Part shown: positions 49,746 to 59,530 of the stretch, piece by piece | How the letters are laid out: each line of letters begins with the position of its first letter | How positions within the stretch are numbered: position 1 is the stretch's first letter | From: Candidatus Undinarchaeota archaeon | Lineage (GTDB): Archaea; SpSt-1190; JASMDC01 | Direction of reading: 5' to 3' | NCBI GenBank assembly: GCA_964519305.1 | Contig: CAZFHY010000014.1 | Span: 32,001 to 96,000, forward strand | DNA: 64,000 nt | The notes under the pieces: generated by a model | Database searches by the model: none | What the model was told of the DNA's origin: nothing | The model's input: the letters and a program-made list of their open reading frames with translations, nothing else | Made by a program: the position numbers and the translations under genes

Positions 49746-51431
49746 ATGACTAATTCGCTTGATGTCGATGATCTAAAGGCCGATGTGAAGGAAGCGGCCA
49801 AGCGTGTAAAGGGGGTTATCGACAAGGGAGGAAAGATCCTCGTTGTCAGTCACAGCGGCGACACCGACGGAGAGACCGGAGGTGCTATCGCTCTAAAGGG
49901 CATTTCCCGCGCCTATGGATTCGACAGGCCCTATCTCTGGGACAACAGGGACGGCACCTTCGATGTGAAGGGGACACAGGGTAAGATCGATTACATGCCC
50001 GCATCATACAATCCTGACTCCGTGGAAAAGGTCGTCGAGATGGCCAACTCGGGTCAGTACGACATGGTTCTCGCGTTCGACTGGGGTTCTGGCCTGCTTC
50101 GCTCCCTAGGAAAGATCGACAACAAGGTCAGCGTGATCCTCGGTGACCATCATACTCAAGACATCTCAGAGACAGAGCGACAGAAGCCCGAGTACCAGAA
50201 CATCCTGGAGATCAATCCCAACCGGTACGGTCTCGATGAGGGCAAGGACGCCTGTGGTGCTTCTCTCTCTTATCTGGTCGCAAAGGGCGTGGACCCGCGT
50301 AACAAGGACCTTGCAGGCCTCGCCGTAATCGGCGCAAAGGGTGACATGCAGGACTTCAAGCGCGACGGTCTTGAGGGCGACATATACAAGGAGATACTCG
50401 CTGACGCCACTTCCTCGACCGGTACCAACAAGGTAACTGCCGAAAAGGGCTTCATCGTGTACGGACGGGACACAGTAGAGGTCCCCAAGCAGCTTCTCAC
50501 CTACTACAACCGCTCCGGTCCTCTCACACGAGCACTTGTGGCCAACCACGGGCTCGACCAGGACATCAGCCGCCGCAGGCTGCTCACAGCGTTCGGTAAG
50601 ATAATGACGAACGACTGGGGCATGGACGTGAAAGACAAGACGCTCTCACAGCTCTCCGACAAGGAGCAGAAGGAGATGTTCGACCACGTCTACCAGGAGC
50701 TCACGGACAGTGGTTACAAGATCGACAGGGCCCGGTTCGACGATGAGATAACGGGCACGGTCTTCACGCTCGACAACCAGCCCGAGGGCACCAAGTGGCA
50801 CAACGCCTCCGAATATTCCACAATCACCTCAGCCTGCTCGAAGATGGGCGAGCATGCTACTGCGATAAACGCGCTCCTCGACCACAAGCAGTCGAGGGAT
50901 CGAGCAGAGAACACTGTCTACAAGGGTTACAGACGCGAGATCGGAAGGGCTCTCGGCCAGGTCAAGTACGAGGACCGTGAAGATATCCGTGTCGCCGACG
51001 CCTCCGGACACAGGGCCACCATCACTGGTATCCTCGCCGGTATCTACGTGGACGACGATTTCGAGAAGCCCATGGTCAGCGTCGTCTACTCCAAGCTCCC
51101 TGGCGGTGGCTACAAGGGCTCGGTCCGCAGACCCGTGGACTCGCCCCTCTCCTGCTCGGACATGTGCCGCATCGCCGACAACTACGGAGGCGAGGGCGGC
51201 GGCCACCCGTTCGCTGCCGGATTCTTCGCCCCCGACGAGAAGGCCCTGAACAGCATACTCACCGACATGGAGGCATACGCCAAGCAGGGCGGCGGCTCGT
51301 ACGCTGCCAGCACTCCTGGCGCCAGCCTCAAACCCTACGAGCAGTTCATCATGCCGGGCTCCACAGGGATCAGCGGAAGGGATAACCACGTCCAGATCGA
51401 GGCGCCCGCCGAGGGCTACCAGATCGGATAG
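49746..51431 (+). CDS. Archaeal RecJ/GAN (Cdc45-like) DHH phosphoesterase
   Basis: SHSGDTDG, FDWGSG, GDHH, INPNRYGLDEGKDACGA, IGAKGDMQ, GGGHPFAAG. Confidence 0.88.
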   Translation: MTNSLDVDDLKADVKEAAKRVKGVIDKGGKILVVSHSGDTDGETGGAIALKGISRAYGFDRPYLWDNRDGTFDVKGTQGKIDYMPASYNPDSVEKVVEMANSGQYDMVLAFDWGSGLLRSLGKIDNKVSVILGDHHTQDISETERQKPEYQNILEINPNRYGLDEGKDACGASLSYLVAKGVDPRNKDLAGLAVIGAKGDMQDFKRDGLEGDIYKEILADATSSTGTNKVTAEKGFIVYGRDTVEVPKQLLTYYNRSGPLTRALVANHGLDQDISRRRLLTAFGKIMTNDWGMDVKDKTLSQLSDKEQKEMFDHVYQELTDSGYKIDRARFDDEITGTVFTLDNQPEGTKWHNASEYSTITSACSKMGEHATAINALLDHKQSRDRAENTVYKGYRREIGRALGQVKYEDREDIRVADASGHRATITGILAGIYVDDDFEKPMVSVVYSKLPGGGYKGSVRRPVDSPLSCSDMCRIADNYGGEGGGHPFAAGFFAPDEKALNSILTDMEAYAKQGGGSYAASTPGASLKPYEQFIMPGSTGISGRDNHVQIEAPAEGYQIG

Positions 51432-51639
51432 AGCTGCAAGCGCACCTAAGCACTCACCACGCCCCCAAGGTAGATACTGACCAGCGCGTTGACGGCCGTC
51501 CCACCCACCCAACGGCCACCGACCTGCTGTCCTTGTCTGCTATCGAGGTGCGCTGGCAGGATACGGATGTCCCGTACATAGATCGGTACGTCACATACGG
51601 AGGTCGGGCTCCAGGACGTGACATTTTTCAATCTAGCTG

Positions 51640-51984
51640 ATGATACAGTACTCGATGGTTCCTCCAGAGCAGATAAAGGTGCGATGTCCCGGCTGTGGGG
51701 TGCGGATGGGTGAAGCTCACCACCGTGCTTGCATGATCCCCATTTGCTCCGTTTGCGGAGAGCCTTTGAACCAGTGCGGGCACTTCCCGGAGGGTAACAC
51801 CGTATGGAACGGTATCCAGCACCGGGAAGAGGTGCTCGTAGCCGAGTTGCTAGGCCTCTTCGTGAAGTGGACCGGGAGCGAATGGATAACCTGTCCGCCT
51901 GAGGACCCGGGGGCCCGATACGATCTCGTTCGCGCGTCGATGATCATCAAGAAGGCTCTCAGGAAGATCCGGGGCAATCTGTGA
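51640..51984 (+). CDS. Small Cys/His zinc-binding protein
   Basis: CPGC-x6-HHRAC-x4-CSVC-x6-CGH...WNG. Confidence 0.65.
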   Translation: MIQYSMVPPEQIKVRCPGCGVRMGEAHHRACMIPICSVCGEPLNQCGHFPEGNTVWNGIQHREEVLVAELLGLFVKWTGSEWITCPPEDPGARYDLVRASMIIKKALRKIRGNL

Positions 51985-52058
51985 TCGTGACCGGTTGACC
52001 TGGACAGCGAGAGCTCAACGTGTTGAGATCGATTCCTTTCCGAAGGCTACGGTGCACA

Positions 52059-53069
52059 CTAGAGCGATTCTAGGATGAAGCCGTTCTCCATCACGTCGGC
52101 CGCGGGCAGGTCCTGTGGTTTGATCGAAGGTTTACGCGCCCTGGACCGGTTCCTCCGTGCCCGTCGCTCGCCCGGCGGCTCGAGGTTGAGATGCTCCTTG
52201 AGCTCATGGTACCGGTTCCGCAATGTGATCTCCGTGATACCGGCCACGGAGGCGGCCTGCTTCTGGGTGAAGCCCATCCCCTTGATCCTCGCTGCTAGGT
52301 AGAGGGCCGCGAGGGCGATCCCCTTAGGGTCCTTACCGTTGGTGATGTTCGTCTGTTCGGCAGCGCGAGTGATGCGGACTGCCTCCATCTCGACATCACG
52401 CGGTAGTTCCAGTGCCGAGGCGTACTTGGGGATGAAGTCCTCAGGGGAGGCGGGAGTGATCTTGATACCGAGCCCTCGTGATACGAGCCTGTGGGCCTTC
52501 CCGATGTCACGCTTGGGGATGCGGAACACCTGCGAGAGGTCCTTGAGGGTCACGGGGCACTTGTTCTGCTTGCATACGGCGTAGAGGACGCCTGCGAGCA
52601 CGCACTCTGACGAGCGTCCACGGATGCCCCGCTTCTTGAGGAAGTTACGGTAGAGGAAAGCGGCCTGCTCCTCGACGATACGGGGCAGGTTAAGGAACGA
52701 GGTCGCGCGGGTGAGCTCCGTTAGCCCCTCTTTTAGCGTGACGTCCTTGGACGGGGTTGAGAACCTGTTCTGCCATTTGCTCAAACGCTGGTACTGGTTG
52801 CGCATCTGACCGTTGGGCAGTTTGTTGAGATCTGCGGACGTACCGATCTTGGTCGCAAGTCCGCCGTCATGCTTGGTGAGCGAGAGTGGTGCTCCAACGC
52901 GCTCCTTGTCGTTACTGGAGTCATCGCTGAACGATCGCCATTCCTTGTTGGTATCCACCATTGATTCGCTGATAACGAGGCCGCAGGAGGAGCAGATGAG
53001 CTCGGCACGAATGGCGTCGTTTTGAAGATTGTTTGAACCGCATTCAGGACAGTCGTTGATGAACTCCAT
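52059..53069 (-). CDS. tfb: Transcription initiation factor IIB
   Basis: CPECGS..CSSCG Zn ribbon, EWRSF, RVGAP, RGRS, GKDP, TEITLRNRY. Confidence 0.96.
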   Translation of the reverse strand: MEFINDCPECGSNNLQNDAIRAELICSSCGLVISESMVDTNKEWRSFSDDSSNDKERVGAPLSLTKHDGGLATKIGTSADLNKLPNGQMRNQYQRLSKWQNRFSTPSKDVTLKEGLTELTRATSFLNLPRIVEEQAAFLYRNFLKKRGIRGRSSECVLAGVLYAVCKQNKCPVTLKDLSQVFRIPKRDIGKAHRLVSRGLGIKITPASPEDFIPKYASALELPRDVEMEAVRITRAAEQTNITNGKDPKGIALAALYLAARIKGMGFTQKQAASVAGITEITLRNRYHELKEHLNLEPPGERRARRNRSRARKPSIKPQDLPAADVMENGFILESL

Positions 53070-53255
53070 TGGAGGTATCCGTCGAAATTTCGCCCTTATA
53101 TATGTTTTCTTTTATGCGAAAGTTTCAGGCCGCATACCATAATTTCACGAAGTATTACGATAGCTCCGTGCATTGTTCTCACGCCGTTAATTACCGGAGA
53201 GACGCCCGCAGATAATCGACGCCTTTTTAAACTCAGACTTTCCTCTTTGATAGGG

Positions 53256-53777
53256 ATGGAACTGCTCCACATCCTTGCCCTCATCGTGTTAGGGGCCTTG
53301 GTTGTGTATATTATCAACGAGCGGCGTGCATTGTACTTCCCAAGTACGCGCCGTATAGTGGATACAATAGCGGAGTTTGCCCAAATAAAGGACGGTGATG
53401 TGGCCGTGGACCTTGGGGCGGGTGATGGGCGCGTATGCATAGAATTGGCGCGGCGTGGGGCCGTATGCATCGGTATAGAGCGTAATCCTTTCCTTTTCTG
53501 GAGAGCTTCGAACAAGGTCGCTGCAACGGAGGTGGAGGACAGGATCACCCTCGTCAAGCAGGACCTCAATGACTATGACCTGTCAGGTGCGTCCGTCGTC
53601 GTGGCTTTCCTCTCCCAGACCACAACGTACCCGCTCAAGGACAAGGTCCTGAAAGAAACGCGGCCTGGGACCCGTGTCATTCTTGTCGACCATCGCTTCG
53701 AGGACTGGGAGCCGGAGAAGATGGTTACCGTCCAGCGGATACCTGTCAGATTATATGTCGTCCCGGGGGCGAGCTAG
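53256..53777 (+). CDS. Class I SAM-dependent methyltransferase with N-terminal TM
   Basis: YFPS, VDLGAGDGR, GIERNP, PGTRV. Confidence 0.88.
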   Translation: MELLHILALIVLGALVVYIINERRALYFPSTRRIVDTIAEFAQIKDGDVAVDLGAGDGRVCIELARRGAVCIGIERNPFLFWRASNKVAATEVEDRITLVKQDLNDYDLSGASVVVAFLSQTTTYPLKDKVLKETRPGTRVILVDHRFEDWEPEKMVTVQRIPVRLYVVPGAS

Positions 53778-54583
53778 AACTCAAGCCTTGTCCGCAGCGG
53801 CTTGTTGGATGGTTCGGTGGTGGCGATGACCTCCACGTGCTCACGGAGCGCACTGGAACTTATCTTCTTACCGAGGATGCGCTGGACCTGGAAGATGCCC
53901 GCGGACTCTGTCATCTCCACCTCGAACCGGAGCGGCTTCTCTTTCCCCTCCACGATCCTGATCTTCCGGACGGCCATGGCTGATACTGAATGGATGTCCA
54001 CCTTGCCGAGCTTGTAGGGGATGCGGGAGCGGCCTGCGGCAAGATCGGTCCCATCGGCCACGGACACGATGCCTGACTCCAATGTGAGGGATTCGAGCTC
54101 CGGGTGCTCGTACACATCGTGGACATAGATACAGTTGAGGATCTCTGTCATGATCCGTGTGCGGACCATCACATCGGGGAAAATCTTGGGGAGGAGCCGG
54201 TCGAGCACTCCCTTTGCGAGCGTCACGGAGTGGATGAAGTGGTTGTCGCGGTGGACGGCATTGCCCACATCATGGAGGTAGGCGCCAGCGGCCACGATAC
54301 AACGCAGGTCGTCAGAATCAATAGATAGTAGCTTGGCCGTCTCCGAGGTGATGCCGGCGTTCTCGAGTATCCGCATCATGCGCAGAGCGTTATTAGCGAC
54401 GATGAGAGCATGGGTGCGTCCATGGTCCGTGAAACCGTACCGGAGGATCATCATAGTGTTAGCCTGCTCGAGGAGCGCGTCCGTCTCCTTGTCCTTTCGG
54501 AGCAGGTCCATGAGACCGGCGGCTTTTGGGGATGAGCGCAGCTCCTTATCGATGCCTTTTGAAGCGCGCTGGGCGATGTCCAT
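53774..54583 (-). CDS. HD-domain phosphohydrolase
   Basis: TDHGRTHA, LHDVGN, VADGTD, GRSRIPY, DIHSVSA. Confidence 0.9.
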   Translation of the reverse strand: MDIAQRASKGIDKELRSSPKAAGLMDLLRKDKETDALLEQANTMMILRYGFTDHGRTHALIVANNALRMMRILENAGITSETAKLLSIDSDDLRCIVAAGAYLHDVGNAVHRDNHFIHSVTLAKGVLDRLLPKIFPDVMVRTRIMTEILNCIYVHDVYEHPELESLTLESGIVSVADGTDLAAGRSRIPYKLGKVDIHSVSAMAVRKIRIVEGKEKPLRFEVEMTESAGIFQVQRILGKKISSSALREHVEVIATTEPSNKPLRTRLEF

Positions 54584-54692
54584 GGAGCCCACCGCCAGCG
54601 CAAACCTTAAAAATTGAGGCGGCGTCCGCAGGCATCTGAGGACGACCCGGTCCGTATATCGGGCTTGGTCGTGCCTGTCGAGGTGCATGAAT

Positions 54693-55148
54693 TTGGCACG
54701 TATGTATGCAAGAAAGCGTGGAAGTTCAGGGTCCACCAGGCCCCTGCGGACCACTGCTCCCAACTGGATACGGCACTCGGCCAAAGAGGTCGAACTGCTC
54801 GTTGTAAAGCTCCGGCGTGAGGGGATGGACCCCTCCAAGATCGGTCTAACGCTCAGGGATTCCTACGGTATCCCTTCCGTGAAGATCATCACCGGTAAGA
54901 AGATCACTCAGGTGCTCAAGGAGCACAAGATGCCCCTGGCCCTTCCCGAGGACCTTTCGAACCTCATCAAGAAGGCCATTCGCGTCCACAAGCATCTTGG
55001 GCCCAACAGGAAGGACCTGCATTCCAAGCGAGGACTACAGCTGAACGAGGCCAAGATCAGGCGGATGGTCAAGTACTACAAGCGACAGGGGATCCTCCCC
55101 GCCGAATGGAAGTACACTGCCGACAAGGCCGCGCTGCTGGTAGAGTAG
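54693..55148 (+). CDS. rps15: 30S ribosomal protein S15 (uS15), TTG start
   Basis: MARMYARKRGSSGS, IGLTLRDSYGIP, PEDL, KDLHSKRGL; SD gaggtg 7 nt before TTG. Confidence 0.97.
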   Translation: MARMYARKRGSSGSTRPLRTTAPNWIRHSAKEVELLVVKLRREGMDPSKIGLTLRDSYGIPSVKIITGKKITQVLKEHKMPLALPEDLSNLIKKAIRVHKHLGPNRKDLHSKRGLQLNEAKIRRMVKYYKRQGILPAEWKYTADKAALLVE

Positions 55149-55160
55149 GAGGGGTGAGGC

Positions 55161-55742
55161 ATGGCAAGACGAGTACGAAAAGACACATGGAAATCAAAGA
55201 AGTGGTACAAGGTCATGGCCCCGCCCATGTTCGGCGAGTTGGAGATCGGGGAGACCCCCGCCTCCGATCCGAACGCGATCCTCGGGCGCCGGTTGCAGAC
55301 CACCCTCAAGGAGCTCACGGGCAACATCCGCAAGGGTAGCAAGGTCAAGGTCGATTTCGAAGTGGAGTCTGTGAACGGGACCACGGCCAAGACGCAGTTC
55401 CATTCCCTGGAGCTCGTTCGCTCCTACGTCCGAAGCATGGTCCGACGGCGCATCTCGCGCATAGATCCCATCTTCATCGTTGACACGAAGGATGCGGGCA
55501 AGCTGCGGATCAAGGCCCTTCTCATCACAACCCGCCGTGTGCGCACGTCCATCAAGGACGCGCTCCGGAAGGAGACCGAGAGGCTCGTTACGGTCGCGGC
55601 CAAGGAGAAGACTACCGACGAGTTCGTCAACAGCATCGCTGATGATGCCATGACGAAGGAACTGAGGAACGGGCTGCATGCGATCTACCCGCTCAAGAAG
55701 GTGGAGATCCGAAAGATCGAGTCCATTCGGCCGAAGGCCTAG
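55161..55742 (+). CDS. rps3ae: 30S ribosomal protein S3ae (eS1)
   Basis: WKSKKWYKVMAPPMF, IYPLKKVEIRK. Confidence 0.96.
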   Translation: MARRVRKDTWKSKKWYKVMAPPMFGELEIGETPASDPNAILGRRLQTTLKELTGNIRKGSKVKVDFEVESVNGTTAKTQFHSLELVRSYVRSMVRRRISRIDPIFIVDTKDAGKLRIKALLITTRRVRTSIKDALRKETERLVTVAAKEKTTDEFVNSIADDAMTKELRNGLHAIYPLKKVEIRKIESIRPKA

Positions 55743-55753
55743 GTGATCTTCGG

Positions 55754-56167
55754 ATGGACCGTCTCGACAGAGAGCTCCTAGAGAGGCTGCGACGTAACGC
55801 TAGAATGCCGTTCGTCAAGATGGCCGAGGAGCTCGGAGTATCCGAGGGGACCATCAGGTCACGCGTGAGGAAGCTGGAGACCATGGGGATCATCCGGCGG
55901 TTCACTGTGATCACCGACTTCAAGGACGGCGTCGAGGCGTTGGTGAACGTGAAAACGAGCACCACTGCAGCGACACGGGACCTCGCTGATGCCATCTCAC
56001 AGATGGAGAACGTCGACTTCACCTTCGAGATAATGGGTGAGACAGATATCCTGACCCTAGTGAAAGCGGCATCGACTGCGGACCTGGACAACCGTATCGA
56101 GGACATCAGAAAGCTCCCCGGTGTGGAGAACACCACCTCCTCCCTTATCCTCCGTAAGTACTACTGA
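55754..56167 (+). CDS. Lrp/AsnC family transcriptional regulator
   Basis: DRLDRELL..NARMPF..LGVSEGTIRSRV..GIIRRF. Confidence 0.93.
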   Translation: MDRLDRELLERLRRNARMPFVKMAEELGVSEGTIRSRVRKLETMGIIRRFTVITDFKDGVEALVNVKTSTTAATRDLADAISQMENVDFTFEIMGETDILTLVKAASTADLDNRIEDIRKLPGVENTTSSLILRKYY

Positions 56168-56231
56168 GGTAATGAGGGAGGGGGTGGCCCCCTCTAACCT
56201 ATCTATTTCAAGGTTTTCATCCTGCAGGTCC

Positions 56232-56858
56232 ATGATGGCCATCGGATCGCGGAAGGTACTGGCCATGCGGCTGCAGGACGTGTCTCACTTCACACGTCCC
56301 CGGCTTGAGCTGGAGCAGTACGTGACCCCTCCGGACGTGGCAGCATCACTCCTCTGGGAGGCCAACCTCGCAGGCCATATCGAGGGAAGGGTCGTCGCGG
56401 ACCTGGGCGCAGGGACCGGGATGCTCACCATCGGCGCTCTCCTCCTGGGAGCGGAGCGTGTGATATCGGTCGAGATGGACGAGGACGCGGCCGATGACCT
56501 GGAGCGGAACCTCGATTCGTTAGGTCTTGACCTGGAACGCGTCGAGCTCGTGCGCGGCGATGCCCGAAAAGTGACCGTGAAAGCGGATACGGTCGTGCAG
56601 AACCCTCCCTTCGGTGTATGGCGACGTCACGCCGATGCCGATTTCGTGCAGGCGGCAAAGCGAACAGGTGGTGTGGTGTACACACTTCACAAGGAGGCGA
56701 CCGACGCAGTGACCTGGATGGAGGCACAAGCGGCTCCGGGGCACCGTTTGGAAACGCTGTCCCGCGTCGTAATGACCATCCCTCCGGTCCACGCATTCCA
56801 TAGGAAAAAGTTATATATGGTTGCCGTTCTGCTCTTCCGTCTAACGCCACGAGGTTGA
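56232..56858 (+). CDS. METTL5-family (16S rRNA m6A) methyltransferase
   Basis: LEQYVTP, DLGAGTG, QNPPFG, FHRK. Confidence 0.9.
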   Translation: MMAIGSRKVLAMRLQDVSHFTRPRLELEQYVTPPDVAASLLWEANLAGHIEGRVVADLGAGTGMLTIGALLLGAERVISVEMDEDAADDLERNLDSLGLDLERVELVRGDARKVTVKADTVVQNPPFGVWRRHADADFVQAAKRTGGVVYTLHKEATDAVTWMEAQAAPGHRLETLSRVVMTIPPVHAFHRKKLYMVAVLLFRLTPRG

Positions 56859-56863
56859 CAATC

Positions 56864-57142
56864 ATGCAAGTGGAGCTGCTTCATAAAGAAAAGAACACTT
56901 GGGTCCTCGGGATCCCAGATGAGGGCCACACGTTCCTCAATATACTACGCTCCACCCTCAATAAGAACAAGAGCGTGGAGGGTGCAGCCTATCGCATCGA
57001 CCACCCGCTGGTGGGCTTGCCCGAATTGATCGTGGAGACCAAGAAGAAGTCCCCCAAGGACGCCTTTGCCGGTGCGGCGAAGGAACTGCTCACAACCGCA
57101 GGGGATTTCCGCTCCGCGTTCGAGAAGGGGTTGCGACAGTAG
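56864..57142 (+). CDS. rpoL: RNA polymerase subunit L (Rpo11)
   Basis: EGHTFLNIL, AAYRIDHPL. Confidence 0.93.
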   Translation: MQVELLHKEKNTWVLGIPDEGHTFLNILRSTLNKNKSVEGAAYRIDHPLVGLPELIVETKKKSPKDAFAGAAKELLTTAGDFRSAFEKGLRQ

Positions 57143-57176
57143 GTCGGGCTCGCCCCGGCCGTACCGGGGAGGGGTC

Positions 57177-57809
57177 ATGGAGGAACCAATAGAACTAATC
57201 CCCGATGAGGGACAGGCTCATTTCTGGACCATCAAGTCAGAGGTCCGTGCCGTCGGCATCGATGACGGTCCTTTCGAGAAATACGAACCGGGAACGTCCA
57301 TGGTAGTGGGCGCCGTGTGCCGGGGTGGAGGCTGGCTCGATGGCATCATGCGCACGGACGTGGAGGTCGATGGTGACGATGCGGGCGCCCGTATAGCCGC
57401 TATGGTGAACGCCTCACGGCACAAGGGCCAGCTCCGGGTAATCTTTCTCAATGGTATCACCTTCGGCGGGTTCAACACCGTGGACATCGCCAGGCTCAAC
57501 CGGGAGACCGGGCTCCCCGTCATCGTTATCATGCGGCGGCGTCCGGACCGGGAGGGCATCCTCGAGGCACTTGAGAAGCTGCCTTACCGGGACCAACGCA
57601 TCGCGGCCATGGCGCACGCCGGCCCGGTGCATGCAGCATCGGGCGGGAAGGACAAGACCGTGTTCCTACAGGTATGCGGCATCTCGCTCGAGGACGCAAT
57701 GGAGGTCGTACGGATCACGTCCACGCGGAGCGTAGTGCCCGAGCCCCTGCGTCTCGCCCATCTAATCGCCTCTGGCGTAACTCTCGGTGATTCACGGGGG
57801 GGTGCCTGA
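57177..57809 (+). CDS. DUF99 family (endonuclease V-like) protein
   Basis: GIDDGPF, VDGDD, GITFGGFN, PEPLRLAHLIASG. Confidence 0.9.
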   Translation: MEEPIELIPDEGQAHFWTIKSEVRAVGIDDGPFEKYEPGTSMVVGAVCRGGGWLDGIMRTDVEVDGDDAGARIAAMVNASRHKGQLRVIFLNGITFGGFNTVDIARLNRETGLPVIVIMRRRPDREGILEALEKLPYRDQRIAAMAHAGPVHAASGGKDKTVFLQVCGISLEDAMEVVRITSTRSVVPEPLRLAHLIASGVTLGDSRGGA

Positions 57810-59530
57810 TGGCCGACGAGCTCTCTCCGATGGAGGTCGTGGAGTACTACTCACGAGATGACATCTCACAGGAGATGGTGAGCTCCGCTCAGGACCGCGA
57901 GGTCGGCGGGCGCTATCGCTCCGGTGGCTTCGGCAAGCGACCCGATGTGCTGATGTACCCTGCGGACGTCAAGGCCCTGGCACGGAGCGGTATTACCTCC
58001 TTCCATTTCTCGGTGGAACGATGGCGTAATCCGAAGATGCTCAGGCCCGGGATGGCGAAGAAGGAGCTGGACGCCCTCAGGTCAGGATGGGACCTGCTTC
58101 TCGACCTCGATCCAAAGGACTTTATCCTGGGTAAGATAGTCGCTGAGAAGTTCATCGAGGTGCTCAAGCAGCTCAAGCTGAGCAATGTGAGCGTGAAGTT
58201 CTCAGGGAACAAGGGATGGCATATCGCCATACCATTCGAGAGCTTTTCAGGTATCGAGTCGTACGATGGCAAACCCATCCAGGCACATTTTCCAGATGCT
58301 GTCCGGAAGATCTGCGAGTACCTCATGTACGAGAAGGTCTCGCCTCGTAATATAGACAAGAGCGGGACCCAGATTTTGCAGAACGACCTCGTGGACCAGT
58401 TCGAGGACCGACTTACCGTGGAAGAGTACCGAGTTCTCTCCGGAGCGTACCTGTTCAAATGGGACGATGTGCCCGGTACCGGGGAAGAACACCTCCGCCG
58501 GTTCCTCTCCAACGCTCCGTACAACCATCTCCACCTCGAACAGGCCCCCATAAACAAGAACTCGGCAGGAACCATGATAACTCTCCAATCCGCTTCCAGC
58601 TGGATCAAGTTCAGGCTCAGCGACGACCGACGGAAAGCGAGCCTGGAGACGAGCGACCGACGCTTCGCCAAACTGAGCGTGATGGAAGTGGAGGGTAGTG
58701 TCAACGTCTATGCGGACTCCGACGTGGCATGGACGAAGGACAACCACATCGATCCATTCAAGATAGTCGATGTCGATGCTCTCCTTATGACCAACAGGCA
58801 CATGATCCGTATGCCCTACAGCCTGCACGAGTCTTCATGGCTCGTGTCAGTCCCCCTCCCGTATGAACGCGGCGTCATCAACACGTTCGACAAGGAAATG
58901 GCCCGACCTCATAACATGCGTGTGAACGAGAGCTTCCTCAATGGGCGCTCCGCGACCAACGACGCCCTTGAGCTATTCGTCCGGGCATACAACTGGTCGG
59001 CGGAACGACATGGCAAGGAGGAGGAGAAGCTGCATGCCCTTTCCCAGGAGGCTCTATCCCGGATACCGAAGGACGCGATCCCCGTGGACCACTTCCCGCC
59101 GTGCGTGGGCCGGGCATTGGAGGGGCTCGAGGACGGACGCAAACGAATGGAGTTCATTCTCGAGGGTTTTCTCAGGAAGTCCGGGTGGGGATGGCCGCAG
59201 GTGGAGGCCCAGCTATTGGAGTGGGATGCCCGGAACACCCCTCCTCTGGGCGAGGGCTACATCAAGCGCCACATCCGCTATGGGATGAACCGGGAGCGAG
59301 ACGTCCTACCTCCGAACTGCCGGAACACGACCTTCTATCAGGAGTCGGGACTATGCCGCCCCGACGCCATATGCAAGAGTATAAAAAACCCCATCAGTTA
59401 TTCCCGCATCTCGCTGAAGCGGGCCAAGAGGAAGAAGGACGATGGCCGAAAACGAGGAGCGGATAACGTACGAGACGATAGTGAACAAGGAGCGTCAGGA
59501 AAAGAACAGCAAGCGCCTTCTGGACCTTGA
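57809..59530 (+). CDS. Fused DNA primase PriS-PriL(CTD), with ~88 aa insertion
   Basis: GWDLLLDLD, KFSGNKGWH, RHMIRMPYSLHE; then FPPC, RKR, PPNC..C..C..NP Fe-S domain. Confidence 0.92.
   Translation: MADELSPMEVVEYYSRDDISQEMVSSAQDREVGGRYRSGGFGKRPDVLMYPADVKALARSGITSFHFSVERWRNPKMLRPGMAKKELDALRSGWDLLLDLDPKDFILGKIVAEKFIEVLKQLKLSNVSVKFSGNKGWHIAIPFESFSGIESYDGKPIQAHFPDAVRKICEYLMYEKVSPRNIDKSGTQILQNDLVDQFEDRLTVEEYRVLSGAYLFKWDDVPGTGEEHLRRFLSNAPYNHLHLEQAPINKNSAGTMITLQSASSWIKFRLSDDRRKASLETSDRRFAKLSVMEVEGSVNVYADSDVAWTKDNHIDPFKIVDVDALLMTNRHMIRMPYSLHESSWLVSVPLPYERGVINTFDKEMARPHNMRVNESFLNGRSATNDALELFVRAYNWSAERHGKEEEKLHALSQEALSRIPKDAIPVDHFPPCVGRALEGLEDGRKRMEFILEGFLRKSGWGWPQVEAQLLEWDARNTPPLGEGYIKRHIRYGMNRERDVLPPNCRNTTFYQESGLCRPDAICKSIKNPISYSRISLKRAKRKKDDGRKRGADNVRDDSEQGASGKEQQAPSGP

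Noticed and set aside
54584-54838. N-terminal extension of the HD-domain ORF overlapping rps15
   Set aside because: Antisense to rps15; ATG 54583 with an upstream TATA-like element gives a normal HD protein.
58448-58711. Intein in the primase
   Set aside because: No N-terminal Cys/Ser or C-terminal His-Asn followed by C/S/T, and no LAGLIDADG motifs.
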